A stretch of DNA of 64,000 bases from Coriobacteriales bacterium (GTDB lineage Bacteria > Actinomycetota > Coriobacteriia > Coriobacteriales > QAMH01), in the NCBI GenBank assembly GCA_051876105.1, contig JBJEHN010000072.1, positions 6,282 through 70,281 of the forward strand. Direction: 5' to 3'. The position numbers and the translations under genes are program-made. Shown one piece after another: positions 1-10,609 of the stretch (its first letter is position 1; each line of letters opens with the position of its first letter). The notes beneath the pieces were generated by a model. That model was not told the DNA's origin, did no database searches, and was given only the letters and a program-made list of their open reading frames with translations.

Positions 1-949
1 TGTCCAGGCAGACCACGTCCACGCGCGCCAGGGTCTCCACGCAGTAGAGCTCCTGCACCAGCACCTTGTGCTGGGCCAGGCGCACCACGCTCACAGCCAG
101 CACGCTGGAGGTGAGGAGGATGAGGCCCTGCGGGATCATGCCCACCAGCGCCGCGCTGGAGTGCAGGATGGCCTCCTCGAGCGTGCCGCCGGCCCACACG
201 ACCTCCTTCACCATGAGCAGCGCGCCCAGGGGCACGATGGCAACGGTGACCCACTTCACGATGCGCCTGAGCGCGTCCATGATGTCGCTGGAGGCCTTGC
301 GGTGGACCTTGGCCTCGTTGTTGATGCGGGTGGCGTAGTTGTCTGCGCCCACGGCGGTGACCTGCGCGCGGCAGCTGCCCGCAGCGATGAAGCTGCCGGA
401 GAAGAGCTGGTCGCCGTGCGCCTTGGAGATGAGGTCGCTCTCGCCCGTGAGCAGGCTCTCGTTCACAGAGACCTTGCCCTCGACCACACGGCAGTCGCTG
501 GGGACCTGGTCGCCGCGGTTGAGGACCACGAGGTCGTCGAGCACGATGTCGTTGAGCGAGACATCAATGCTGGCGCCGTCGCGCACCACATGCGCCTTGG
601 TGGAGGTGATGACGGAGAGCTTGTCGATGGTGCGCTTGCTGCGGACCTCCTGGAAGATGCCGATGACGATGTTGCACAGGATGACGCCCATGAAGAGCAT
701 GTTGGCGTACGCGCCCGTCCAGAAGATGGCAGCGGCAATGATGACGTTGACCAGGTTGAAGAGCGTGCAGAGGTTGTCGCGGAAGATCTGCCCGATGGTC
801 TTGGTGCGCACGTCGGCGTTGGCGTTGACCTTGCCGGCGGCAACGCGCTCGCGCACCTGCTGCGAGCTGAGGCCCTGCGGCGGAGTGGCGAAGGAGAGCG
901 GTGCGGCGGCAGCGTGCAGGGGTTCGGGCGTGGGGTTGTCTTCAGTCAT
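1..949 (-). CDS. Cation-transporting P-type ATPase, N-terminal part only (gene continues beyond window start)
   Basis: Own minus-strand translation from ATG 949-947: MTEDNPTPEPLH...LTGESDLISKAHGDQLFSGS...GMIPQGLILLTS...ARVDVVCLD. This shows the actuator TGES motif and the lead-in to the DKTGT phosphorylation site at the window edge. It is not in the ORF track because no stop lies in-window. The + ORF 68..1048 is its antisense shadow. Confidence 0.85.
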   Translation of the reverse strand, partial: MTEDNPTPEPLHAAAAPLSFATPPQGLSSQQVRERVAAGKVNANADVRTKTIGQIFRDNLCTLFNLVNVIIAAAIFWTGAYANMLFMGVILCNIVIGIFQEVRSKRTIDKLSVITSTKAHVVRDGASIDVSLNDIVLDDLVVLNRGDQVPSDCRVVEGKVSVNESLLTGESDLISKAHGDQLFSGSFIAAGSCRAQVTAVGADNYATRINNEAKVHRKASSDIMDALRRIVKWVTVAIVPLGALLMVKEVVWAGGTLEEAILHSSAALVGMIPQGLILLTSSVLAVSVVRLAQHKVLVQELYCVETLARVDVVCLD

Positions 950-1076
950 TGGATCACGGCAGCTTTCGTCCAGTGTTCTTGCATGCCAGACAGGATAGTC
1001 CACCGCATGGCCCCGTGCAGCTCGCAGCGCTCTTTTACACAGCTTTGAGCTGGGCTTTTGCGCCGCTCGACCCCGG

Positions 1077-1147
1077 GCTTCACAAAAGCGGCACAGAGTT
1101 TGCGGAATGTTTGCGAGCAGGGTGCCCCGCTTCACAAAAGCCGCACA
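1077..1147. repeat. Pair of 19-bp direct repeats GCTTCACAAAAGC(G/C)GCACA (1077-1095 and 1129-1147), 52 bp apart, upstream of the P-type ATPase start
   Basis: Read directly from the sequence; 18/19 identical. The pair lies 130-200 bp upstream of ATG 949 on the transcribed side. Function unknown; it may be an operator. Confidence 0.5.
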
Positions 1148-1254
1148 TCGCTTTCAGACCGTTTTCAGATTTGCTCTTTACTATGTATGGCAGGTCGGCG
1201 GAACAATCCTCTCCTCCCCATCCCTTCCTTTCTCAGGCCGGCCACATCCCGATT

Positions 1255-1288
1255 GAGCCCCAGAGCCCTTATCCCAGCTCTGGGGCTC
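1255..1288 (-). terminator. Perfect 12-bp stem hairpin just downstream of rsmI stop (no clear U-run)
   Basis: GAGCCCCAGAGC-N10-GCTCTGGGGCTC, starting 19 nt after the rsmI stop. The lack of a T-tract lowers confidence that it is an intrinsic terminator. Confidence 0.35.
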
Positions 1289-1306
1289 TCTTGCACCTTG
1301 GGGTAC

Positions 1307-2140
1307 CTAGAGGCTGTGGATCATGTCGTAGACCTGGTTCTTGCTGATGCCCAGCTCGCGGGCCAGCTGCTTGGCCAGCGCAGACTTGGGCGTGCCGGCC
1401 TCGAGCTCGCGGCGGATGCGCTCCTGAACCTCGTCTGCACCCAGGTCGACGGCCTGCTCTTCCGGCGTTGGCGGAGCGATGACCAGGGCAATCTCTCCCT
1501 TGATGGCCTCGCGGACGGCAAGCTCTGCTGCCAGCTGGTCTGCTGGCAGGCGCAGGACCTCCTCGTGGAGCTTGGTGAGCTCGCGGCACAGCGCAACGGG
1601 GCGGCTGCCGTACTCGGCGGCGATGCCCTCGACGCTTGCCGCCACGCGGTGCGGCGACTCGTAGAACACCAGCGCCGCATCCAGCGCGCGCAGGCTCTGC
1701 AGCAGCTTGGAGCGTGCCGCCTGCTTGCGCGGCAAGAAGCCGCCGAAGTAGAAGGCGGTGCCGTTGAAGCCCGCAGCCACAAGGGCCGTGGTGACGGCGC
1801 AGGCACCGGGCAGCACCTCCACCGGCAGGCCCGCGTTGCGCGCTGCGTCCACCAGCACCAGGCCGGGGTCGCTCACGCCGGGCATGCCCGCGTCGCTGCA
1901 AAACGCCAGGACCTCGCCGGCCTCCATGCGCTGCACCAGGCCCGCCGCGCGCCGCGCGATGACGTTCTCGTCGCAGCGCTCCAGGCGCGCCTCGATGCCC
2001 AGCGCATGCAGCAGCTTGCCGGTGACGCGCGTGTCCTCCGCCAGCACGGCGTCAGCGCTCTCGAGCGCCTGCACCGCCCTGCGCGTCATGTCGCCCAGGT
2101 TCCCGATGGGCGTGCCCACTACCAGCAGCTTTCCCGGCAT
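1307..2140 (-). CDS. rsmI: 16S rRNA (cytidine1402-2'-O)-methyltransferase
   Basis: MPGKLLVVGTPIGNLGDMT...LAEDTR...SDAGMPGVSDPG...ESPHR motifs. Start re-set to ATG 2140, preceded by GGAAGGAGG. The track ORF 1307..2305 carries a spurious 55-aa extension. Confidence 0.9.
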   Translation of the reverse strand: MPGKLLVVGTPIGNLGDMTRRAVQALESADAVLAEDTRVTGKLLHALGIEARLERCDENVIARRAAGLVQRMEAGEVLAFCSDAGMPGVSDPGLVLVDAARNAGLPVEVLPGACAVTTALVAAGFNGTAFYFGGFLPRKQAARSKLLQSLRALDAALVFYESPHRVAASVEGIAAEYGSRPVALCRELTKLHEEVLRLPADQLAAELAVREAIKGEIALVIAPPTPEEQAVDLGADEVQERIRRELEAGTPKSALAKQLARELGISKNQVYDMIHSL

Positions 2141-2418
2141 AGCGCCTCCTTCCTCAAACGATTCCCCAGAGTGTAGCACCGCAGCTGCATGCCGCCCTCC
2201 CGTGTGGGGCTTGTGGGGCCCGAGCCGCTGGCCGCTGTTGGCCGCAAATGCACGGATGGCGGTGTCTAGTGGCCTCAAAAGTACGATCAACGGTAGGTCC
2301 CCCAAGTACGAACACCGTCAAGCGGCATTCCGAGGACACTCGATACCGCCGTCCGTCGTTTCGCGGCCAAGGACCCCGGGGCATCCGCGCCAAAAGCGCC
2401 CGCAGCACCCCGCAGCAG

Positions 2419-2447
2419 CAAAAGAGCCCCGGGAGGCCGGGGCTCTT
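2419..2447 (-). terminator. Rho-independent terminator after gap
   Basis: Minus strand reads AAGAGCCCCGG-CCTC-CCGGGGCTCTT followed by TTGC. This is a 10-bp GC-rich stem plus a U-run, 30 nt after the gap stop. Confidence 0.7.
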
Positions 2448-2476
2448 GGCAGCAGCGCTTGGTGCCTGTGCGGCGC

Positions 2477-3487
2477 TTAGGCCTCGCGCATCATGAACTT
2501 GGCGAGGTCGACGACGCGCTGGCTGTAGCCCCACTCGTTGTCGTACCAGGCAACGCACTTGACGAAGGTGCCCTTGCCGCCCAGGACGTTGGTGAGGCCG
2601 GCGTCGAAGACGGAGCTGTGGGGGTTACCGATGACGTCGCAGCTGACGATCGGGTCCGTGCAGTACTGCAGGATGCCCTTCATCGGGCCCTCAGCGGCCT
2701 CCTTCATGGCGGCGTTGATCTCCTCGGCGGTGACCTCGGTCCTCAGCTCGCAGACCAGGTCGACCATGGAGCCGGTGGGGGTGGGGACGCGGGTGGCCAT
2801 GCCGTCCATCTTGCCCTTGAGCTCGGGGATGACCAGGGCCACGGCCTTGGCGGCGCCGGTGGTGGTGGGGATCTGGCTCACAGCGGCGGCGCGGCTGCGG
2901 CGGAAGTCCTTGTGGTGGACGTCCAGGATCTTCTGGTCGTTGGTGTAGGAGTGGATGGTGTTGATGAAGCCCTTCTCGATGCCGAACTTGTCGTTGAGCA
3001 CCTTGGCGAAGGGGGCCAGGCAGTTGGTGGTGCAGGAGGCGTTGGAGACCACGTGCTGGGTGGCCGGGTCGTAGGTGTCGTGGTTCACGCCCATGACGAT
3101 GGTGTTGTCGACCTCCTTGCCGGGGGCGGAGATGACGACCTTCTTGGCGCCGTTGTCCAGATGGGGCTGGCAGGACTCGCCGGTCTTGAGCTTGCCGGTG
3201 GTCTCGAGGACGACGTCAGCGCCCACGCTTGCCCAGTCGAGGTTCTTGGGGTCGCGGTCCTGGAAGGCCTTGATGCGGTGGCCGTCGAAGACGAAGTAGC
3301 CGTCCTCGGCGCGGGCCTCGTCGAACGCGATGCCCTGGCAGGAGTCGTACTTGGCCAGGTAGGCTGCGCACTCCAGGTCGGAGGGGTTGTTGATTGCCAC
3401 CACCTCGATTTCCGGATCAGCCTCGGCGATGCGGAAGACCAGGCGGCCGATGCGCCCAAAACCGTTGATGCCAACCTTGATGGTCAT
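2477..3487 (-). CDS. gap: Glyceraldehyde-3-phosphate dehydrogenase (type I)
   Basis: MTIKVGINGFGRIGRLVFR...SNASCTTNCLAP...WYDNEWGYS. Start ATG 3487 follows AAAGGAG. Confidence 0.95.
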   Translation of the reverse strand: MTIKVGINGFGRIGRLVFRIAEADPEIEVVAINNPSDLECAAYLAKYDSCQGIAFDEARAEDGYFVFDGHRIKAFQDRDPKNLDWASVGADVVLETTGKLKTGESCQPHLDNGAKKVVISAPGKEVDNTIVMGVNHDTYDPATQHVVSNASCTTNCLAPFAKVLNDKFGIEKGFINTIHSYTNDQKILDVHHKDFRRSRAAAVSQIPTTTGAAKAVALVIPELKGKMDGMATRVPTPTGSMVDLVCELRTEVTAEEINAAMKEAAEGPMKGILQYCTDPIVSCDVIGNPHSSVFDAGLTNVLGGKGTFVKCVAWYDNEWGYSQRVVDLAKFMMREA

Positions 3488-3632
3488 TTGAAGAGCTCCT
3501 TTTCTGCTTGACTGCCGGCCCTGTATACGAGGGATGTTTCGGGCCGGTTTCTCCCCCACAATCCTAAACGCTTGAAAGGTCGTTCGAGCGGCTCATCGCC
3601 CACCAGCCCGCAAGCGGAAGGGCCACGCTGGG

Positions 3633-4337
3633 CTACCAGGAGACAACGCCCTTGAAACCCGCGTAACCGCACAGCTGGCGCACGTTCTCCACCGGCCCGA
3701 AATTGATGCCCGAGGGCTTGGGGACCAAGATCTTGCAGGTGCGCGGCACGCCCTTGAAGGCGGTGCAGGTCTTCCACTTCTTCTTGAGCTTGACCAGGGT
3801 CTTGGTGTTGTTGGAGCCCTTGTTGGGCCCGATGCTCTCGAGCGTATTGCCCTTGAGGGTGATTTTCGAGGCTTCGGTGCAGCCCTTGAAGGCGCGGTCG
3901 CCGATTGCAGTGACGTTGGCACCGATGACCGCGGACTTGATCTTGTGGCCCTTGGTGTTGTTGAAGGCGTCCTTGCCGATCGCCGTCACCTTGAGCGCAA
4001 CCGACCCGAACCCGCCGGCGGTGAAGCTCACGGTTGCAGGCACCTTGGCAGCTGTCCCGGAGCCCTCGAACTTGAGCAGCGCGGCCTCGCAGCTGTCCTT
4101 CTCGATGGCGGCAGAGCTGATCTTGGTGACCTTGTAGGTGTAGCCGCCAACGACAAACTCAGCGCCCTTGAAGCTCTCGGCTGCGGGCGGGGTGGGCTCG
4201 ACCTCGCCAGGCTCCCCAACCACGGGGGCGCTGCCGCCGGGGGCGGCTGCTTCTTCGGCAGATGCCAGCGGGGCGGCAGCGAGCGAGCATGCGAGGCACG
4301 CGCCGCACACGGCGGCGATCACGGTCTTCAAACGCAT
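3633..4337 (-). CDS. Secreted/surface protein with BspA-like leucine-rich repeats
   Basis: Signal-peptide-like N-terminus MRLKTVIAAVCGACLACSLAAAPLASA. Repeated ...VTAIGKDAF.../...VTAIGDRAFKGC...ITL... units are typical of LRR_5/BspA repeats. Start ATG 4337 follows GGGAGG. Confidence 0.6.
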   Translation of the reverse strand: MRLKTVIAAVCGACLACSLAAAPLASAEEAAAPGGSAPVVGEPGEVEPTPPAAESFKGAEFVVGGYTYKVTKISSAAIEKDSCEAALLKFEGSGTAAKVPATVSFTAGGFGSVALKVTAIGKDAFNNTKGHKIKSAVIGANVTAIGDRAFKGCTEASKITLKGNTLESIGPNKGSNNTKTLVKLKKKWKTCTAFKGVPRTCKILVPKPSGINFGPVENVRQLCGYAGFKGVVSW

Positions 4338-4454
4338 AGAACCTCCCAGATGAAACGCGGTGCTGACCCGAGTATAGGGGCAGCGTGCGGGATCGCCGGA
4401 TTCCCCAGCAAACCCCACAGCCCCGCAGCAGGCGGGCGGCGGGGCGGGCGCGAT

Positions 4455-5525
4455 CTAGAACACGACGAGCTGGTCGCGGTTGATGAACTCCTCGGCGCCG
4501 CGCTGGCCCAGGCACCCGCGCAGCTGGCCGGCGCCGTAGCCCGCCAGCCCGCGGCCCAGCAGGCGTCCCTGCGCGTCGACGACGTCGACCGGGTCGCCCG
4601 CCTCGAACGCGCCTTGCACCTCCACAATGCCCACGGGCAGCAGGCTCGCGCCCTTCTCCTGCAGCGCGCGCACGGCACCAGCGTCGCAGCTCACGCGGCC
4701 CTTGACCTTGCCGCCCAGCGCGATCCAGCTCTTGCGGGCGTGCATCCCCAGGCTCTCGCTGTCGAAGAAGCGGGTGCCCACGCTGCGGCCATGGCAGGCG
4801 TCCGTGACGGCATTGCGGCGGTGGCCCTCGCAGATCACCATGGGGATGCCGGCGCTCATGAGCACCTTGGCCGCTGCCACCTTGGTGAGCATGCCGCCGC
4901 TGCCGCTGGCGCTGCCCACGCCGCCGGCGCTGGCCTCGATCTCCTGCGAGAGCTTGCCCACCTGCTCGAGCAGCTCGGCGTCCTTGTCCTTGCGGGGGTC
5001 GGCCGTGTAGAGGCCGTCGATGTCGCTCAGCAGGACCACGAGGTCGGCGTCGATGGCGGTGGCGACCATGGCGGCCAGGGTGTCGTTGTCGCCAAAGCGA
5101 ATCTCGTCCACAGCAACCGTGTCGTTCTCGTTGATGACGGGCACCGCGCCCTGCTGCAGCAGCTGGTCGATGGTGGCGCGGGCGTTGAGGTAGCTTTCGC
5201 GGTTGCCAGTGGTGGCGCGGGTGAGCAGCACCTGGCCCACCGGCATGCCAAAGCAGCGGAACGTGTCAGCGTAGGCGTTGACCAGCGAGACCTGGCCAAT
5301 CGCCGCAGCCGCCTGCAGCATGCTCATCTCCGTGGGGCGCGGGCCGCTGTGGCCCATGATCTGCAGGCCCACGGCGATCGAGCCGCTGGTGACGATGACC
5401 GTCTGCCAGCCCTCGTCGCGCAGGGCGGCGGCCTCGGTGGCCAGGCGGCCGATGAAGGCGCGGTCCAGGCGCCCGTCCTCCCCCACCAGCGTGGAGGAGC
5501 CGATCTTCACAACAACGCGCTTCAC
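4455..5525 (-). CDS. proB: Glutamate 5-kinase (with C-terminal PUA-like domain)
   Basis: MKRVVVKIGSSTL...VTSGSIAVG...INENDTVAVDEIRFGDNDTLAA... Confidence 0.92.
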   Translation of the reverse strand: MKRVVVKIGSSTLVGEDGRLDRAFIGRLATEAAALRDEGWQTVIVTSGSIAVGLQIMGHSGPRPTEMSMLQAAAAIGQVSLVNAYADTFRCFGMPVGQVLLTRATTGNRESYLNARATIDQLLQQGAVPVINENDTVAVDEIRFGDNDTLAAMVATAIDADLVVLLSDIDGLYTADPRKDKDAELLEQVGKLSQEIEASAGGVGSASGSGGMLTKVAAAKVLMSAGIPMVICEGHRRNAVTDACHGRSVGTRFFDSESLGMHARKSWIALGGKVKGRVSCDAGAVRALQEKGASLLPVGIVEVQGAFEAGDPVDVVDAQGRLLGRGLAGYGAGQLRGCLGQRGAEEFINRDQLVVF

Positions 5526-5537
5526 AGGCTTGCTCCT

Positions 5538-7019
<1,482 letters not shown>

Positions 7020-8150
7020 CTAGAAGGCCTTGAACTCCTGGAGCGCCTCCAGGTAGCGGCCGTCTGTGCCCAGGACCTGGCCCGCCATGGCGAAGAGCAG
7101 GTCGACCCAGGCGCTCACGCTGCGGCCGTAGAGCACGGCGGAGCTGCCCTTTGCGCGCACGGCCTCGAGCGCCTCGTTGACTGTGGCGTCGCCGTAGGTG
7201 CCCGGGCGGTCGAGCTTGAGCATGATCTGCAGCATCTCCAGGTTGGTGGGGCTGTAGAAGATGCCCTTGAGCAGCGCCACGTAGCCCAAGAGCACGTCGA
7301 GCGGCAGGGCGTCTGCCTGGGCGAGCTCCACGACGCCGGAGAGGTCGGCGTCCATGACCATCTCGCGCAGGGGCGTGCCGTGCTCGTCGGCCAGGTCGTG
7401 CTGCAGCAGCCAGTCCGCGTAGGCGCCAAAGCCGAAGCCCTCGCTGAAGAGCCCGGGCACGGTGCCGCCCAGGCCGGGCGCGGCAGCGCGCGCGAGGCCC
7501 ATGCAGAGCACCGGGTCGGCATTGGCCTCGGCGTCGAAGACGGGGCTGTTCTCTGCGATGAAGGCGAGCACAGGGCCCAGCAGCGCGGCGATGCGCAGCT
7601 TGAGCACGGCGTCTTCTTCGCTTGCGTACTGGAAGCCCACGCGGCAGCGGCCGGAGCCCAGCAGCAGGGGCAGGGCGGGCTCGCCCAGGTGCTGCTTCAG
7701 GTGCTGGTAGGGGCTGTAGGGCACGGGTTCGATGTCCTCCACGGCGGCGCTGGGGTGGAAGCCCTTGGCCTCCAGGCGGTAGCCGGCGGGCTCGAGGACC
7801 TGCTCGATGCGGAAGAGCGCGTTGCGGTACTCGGCCTCCATCTCCGCCATGGTGAGCAGGGGGGCCAGGCTCACGACGAGCTGCCCGCCGTGGCCCAGGC
7901 TCACAGCAGAGAGCGGGCGCCCCGCCGCAATGGCAAAGCCCTCTTCGTTGCGCACGGCATCCGGCCAGAACTCGGTGAGCCTCTCCATGAGCTCCGCCAG
8001 GCCCAAGCGCCCGCGCCGCCCTTGGAAGGGCACGGCGTCGCCATCCTCGTCGAGGACGAAGTGGAACTGCGTGAGCGTGACATAGCCCATGTCGCCGCCC
8101 TTGCAGCCCTGCGTGAGGAACTCGATGACTTCTGCCTTTGGTTCTTCCAT
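7020..8150 (-). CDS. Glutamate-cysteine ligase-like protein (plant/alpha-proteobacterial GCL type) with substituted acidic ligands
   Basis: SLGHGGQLVVSLAPLLTMAEMEAEY aligns by eye to the GCL block LEPGGQFELSGAPLETL. ENSPVF...GFGFGAYADWLL resembles the GCL NSPF...Y..Y block. Family-level call only. Confidence 0.5.
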   Translation of the reverse strand: MEEPKAEVIEFLTQGCKGGDMGYVTLTQFHFVLDEDGDAVPFQGRRGRLGLAELMERLTEFWPDAVRNEEGFAIAAGRPLSAVSLGHGGQLVVSLAPLLTMAEMEAEYRNALFRIEQVLEPAGYRLEAKGFHPSAAVEDIEPVPYSPYQHLKQHLGEPALPLLLGSGRCRVGFQYASEEDAVLKLRIAALLGPVLAFIAENSPVFDAEANADPVLCMGLARAAAPGLGGTVPGLFSEGFGFGAYADWLLQHDLADEHGTPLREMVMDADLSGVVELAQADALPLDVLLGYVALLKGIFYSPTNLEMLQIMLKLDRPGTYGDATVNEALEAVRAKGSSAVLYGRSVSAWVDLLFAMAGQVLGTDGRYLEALQEFKAF

Positions 8151-8273
8151 GATCGCGCCTTACTCTCAGGTTGAATGCATCCCCAAGATTCTACCTGCAT
8201 TCAGCGCGCAGCGGCCCAACCACAAGCCAACGGCATACAACGCCCGCGGGAGCGCGGGGGGCGCCTTCTGCCC

Positions 8274-8927
8274 CTACAGCGTGCCGGCAGCGCGGGCGGC
8301 CTCGACCTCGTCGATGGCCTCCTGAGGCGTCTTGGCGCAGCTGCCCTCGCCCACCTTGAGCACGGTGATCTTGTCGCCCACCTTGATCTGGCCGCTGTCG
8401 AGCACGATGCCGAAGATGCCCTCGCGCGGGAAAATGCAGTCGCCAGCCAGGTAGTAGATGGCGCAGCGGGTGTGGCAGACCTTGCCCACCTGGCTCACCT
8501 CGATGCGCACGTCGCCAATCTGCAGCACCGTGCCGATGGGGATGAAGAAGGGCATGAAGCCGCGCGTGGTGATGTTCTCGGCAAAGTCGCCTTCCTTGAC
8601 AGTAAGGCCGCGGTTTTGCGCCTTCTTGATGGACTCCTCTGCCAGCAGCGAGATCTGGCGGTGCCAGGCGTCGCTGGCGTGGGCGTCGTCCACGCAGCCG
8701 TAGTCCTCGCGCACCTCCATGGAACCGCCCTCGATGGGCGTCTTGCGCTGGCCCTTCTTGGCGGAGATGTTCACGCTGGTAACCTCGCCCAAGACGTCGC
8801 CGGGCTGCATGGCGTCGATGACCTTCTTGGCGGCGGCGTCTGCCTCCTCCTCGGCCTGGGCCAGCGCCTCGAGCTCCGGTGTGAGCAGGGAGAACTCCTT
8901 CTCCACGTCCTTCTCGTTGCCTGCCAT
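8274..8927 (-). CDS. MOSC domain-containing protein
   Basis: ...ENITTRG...IGTVLQIGDVRIEVSQVGKVCHTRCAIY... is typical of the MOSC beta-barrel with its conserved Cys. Start re-set to ATG 8927, preceded by AGGGAGG. Confidence 0.75.
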   Translation of the reverse strand: MAGNEKDVEKEFSLLTPELEALAQAEEEADAAAKKVIDAMQPGDVLGEVTSVNISAKKGQRKTPIEGGSMEVREDYGCVDDAHASDAWHRQISLLAEESIKKAQNRGLTVKEGDFAENITTRGFMPFFIPIGTVLQIGDVRIEVSQVGKVCHTRCAIYYLAGDCIFPREGIFGIVLDSGQIKVGDKITVLKVGEGSCAKTPQEAIDEVEAARAAGTL

Positions 8928-9215
8928 GGTGGGCCTCCCTCTATGCACGCGCATGCCGCGCGATAACCTACAAACATGCTAGGTATTATACGCACAGCCT
9001 CACACATGAACAGGTACGAATCTCCCCCGCCGCAGGCCAGATGCCTCGTGCAGCACAGCCAGACTCATACCCCGAGCCCCACTGCCCCCACCGCACTCCG
9101 CAGCCCCAGCTGCCCAAAGACCTGATATGTGCGCCCTGCATGTGCAAAGCGCGAGCCACACCCCGATGGCATGGCCCGCGCTAGGTGCGGTTGTGAGGTT
9201 GCAAGCGTGCGCTCG

Positions 9216-10544
9216 CTAAGCGCCGATGCGTTCTTCAACCGTGCTGGCCAGGCGGTGCGCCAGCTCTTCGGCCTGCTCCTGGGTCTGCGCTTCGACCATG
9301 ACGCGGATGAGCGGCTCGGTACCGCTGGGGCGCACCAGCAGGCGGCCGCTGCCCTCGAGCTCGGCTTCTACCTCGCGCTGCACGGTGGCGATCACCTCGT
9401 CTGCCGCGTAGAGCGCCTTGTCGCTCACACGCACGTTGACCAGGCACTGCGGCAGCTTGCGCATGATGCCCATGAGCTCGGACAGGCTCGTGCCGCTGCG
9501 CACCACGCAACCCAGCAGCATGAGCGCGGTGGCCAGGCCGTCTCCGGTGGTGTTGAGGCTCAGGTTGATCACGTGGCCGGACTGCTCACCGCCCAGCACG
9601 GCGCCCAGCTCGAGCATGGACTCCAGCACGTAGCGGTCTCCCACCTTGGCAGAGACGACGCCGATGCCCTCGCGCTCCATGGCCTGCATAAAGCCCAGGT
9701 TGGCCATGACGGTACCCACCACGGTGTTGGCGGCAAGCTCGCCGCGGGCCTGCATGCTCTTGGCGCAGATGGCGAGGATGAAGTCGCCGTCGCAGACGGT
9801 GCCGTCCGGCGCCACGGCCAGCAGGCGGTCCGCGTCGCCGTCGTGGGCGAGCGCGACGTCAGCCCCCGTCTCGCGCATGAGCGCGGTGACGGGGCCCAAG
9901 TGGGTGGAGCCGCACTCGACGTTGATGATGGCGCCGTCCGGCTCGGTGTTGATGGCACTCACCTTCGCGCCCAGGCGCTCGAGCGCCAGCGGCGTCGCCA
10001 CGCAGGAGGCGCCGTGCGCGCAGTCGAGCGCGATGTGCAGCCCTTCGAGGCTCAGGCCCTCGCGGCGCAGCGGGGCGATGTCGTGCTCGACGAAGCGCTC
10101 CACGGCGTCTGCGACCTCCAAGCCGGGGCCGGGTTCGCCGACGGGCTGGCCCAGCAGTTCCTCGACCAACACCTGCATTTCGTCTTCCACCGCATCCGGC
10201 AGCTTGAAGCCCTTGGAGCTGAAGAACTTGATGCCGTTATAATCCGGCGGGTTGTGGCTGGCGGTGATCATGATGCCGCAGTCAAAGCCCTCCTCGACCG
10301 TGTACCACGCCAGGCCCGGCGTGGGGATGACGCCCAGCAGCGCAGGGGCCTGTCCCCCTTCTGCGGCGATGCCCGCGCGCAGGCCTTTCTCGAGCATGGG
10401 GCCGCTCACGCGGGTGTCGCGCCCGATGGCGATGCGCCCGCCCAGCTTGCGCACGGCGGCGCGGCCCAGCGCGACCGCCAGCTCGTAGCTGAGCTCCTCG
10501 CCCGCAATGCCGCGGACGCCGTCGGTTCCAAACAAGCGTGCCAT
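9216..10544 (-). CDS. glmM: Phosphoglucosamine mutase
   Basis: MARLFGTDGVRG...ITASHNPPDYNGIKFF...GDGDADR...GGEQSGH. Confidence 0.95.
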   Translation of the reverse strand: MARLFGTDGVRGIAGEELSYELAVALGRAAVRKLGGRIAIGRDTRVSGPMLEKGLRAGIAAEGGQAPALLGVIPTPGLAWYTVEEGFDCGIMITASHNPPDYNGIKFFSSKGFKLPDAVEDEMQVLVEELLGQPVGEPGPGLEVADAVERFVEHDIAPLRREGLSLEGLHIALDCAHGASCVATPLALERLGAKVSAINTEPDGAIINVECGSTHLGPVTALMRETGADVALAHDGDADRLLAVAPDGTVCDGDFILAICAKSMQARGELAANTVVGTVMANLGFMQAMEREGIGVVSAKVGDRYVLESMLELGAVLGGEQSGHVINLSLNTTGDGLATALMLLGCVVRSGTSLSELMGIMRKLPQCLVNVRVSDKALYAADEVIATVQREVEAELEGSGRLLVRPSGTEPLIRVMVEAQTQEQAEELAHRLASTVEERIGA

Positions 10545-10609
10545 GTGGTTCCTCCCTGGGGTCGTCTCAAGGGGCAGCTGTGCCGGGCGGGCGGCCCGGG
10601 CGGGTGCCG

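Noticed and set aside
8955-9215. 260-bp gap downstream of glmM examined for a structured RNA or ribozyme
   Set aside because: No convincing conserved-looking helices were found. There is only a possible TATAAT (8985-8990, minus) for the MOSC gene. The evidence is insufficient to call anything.
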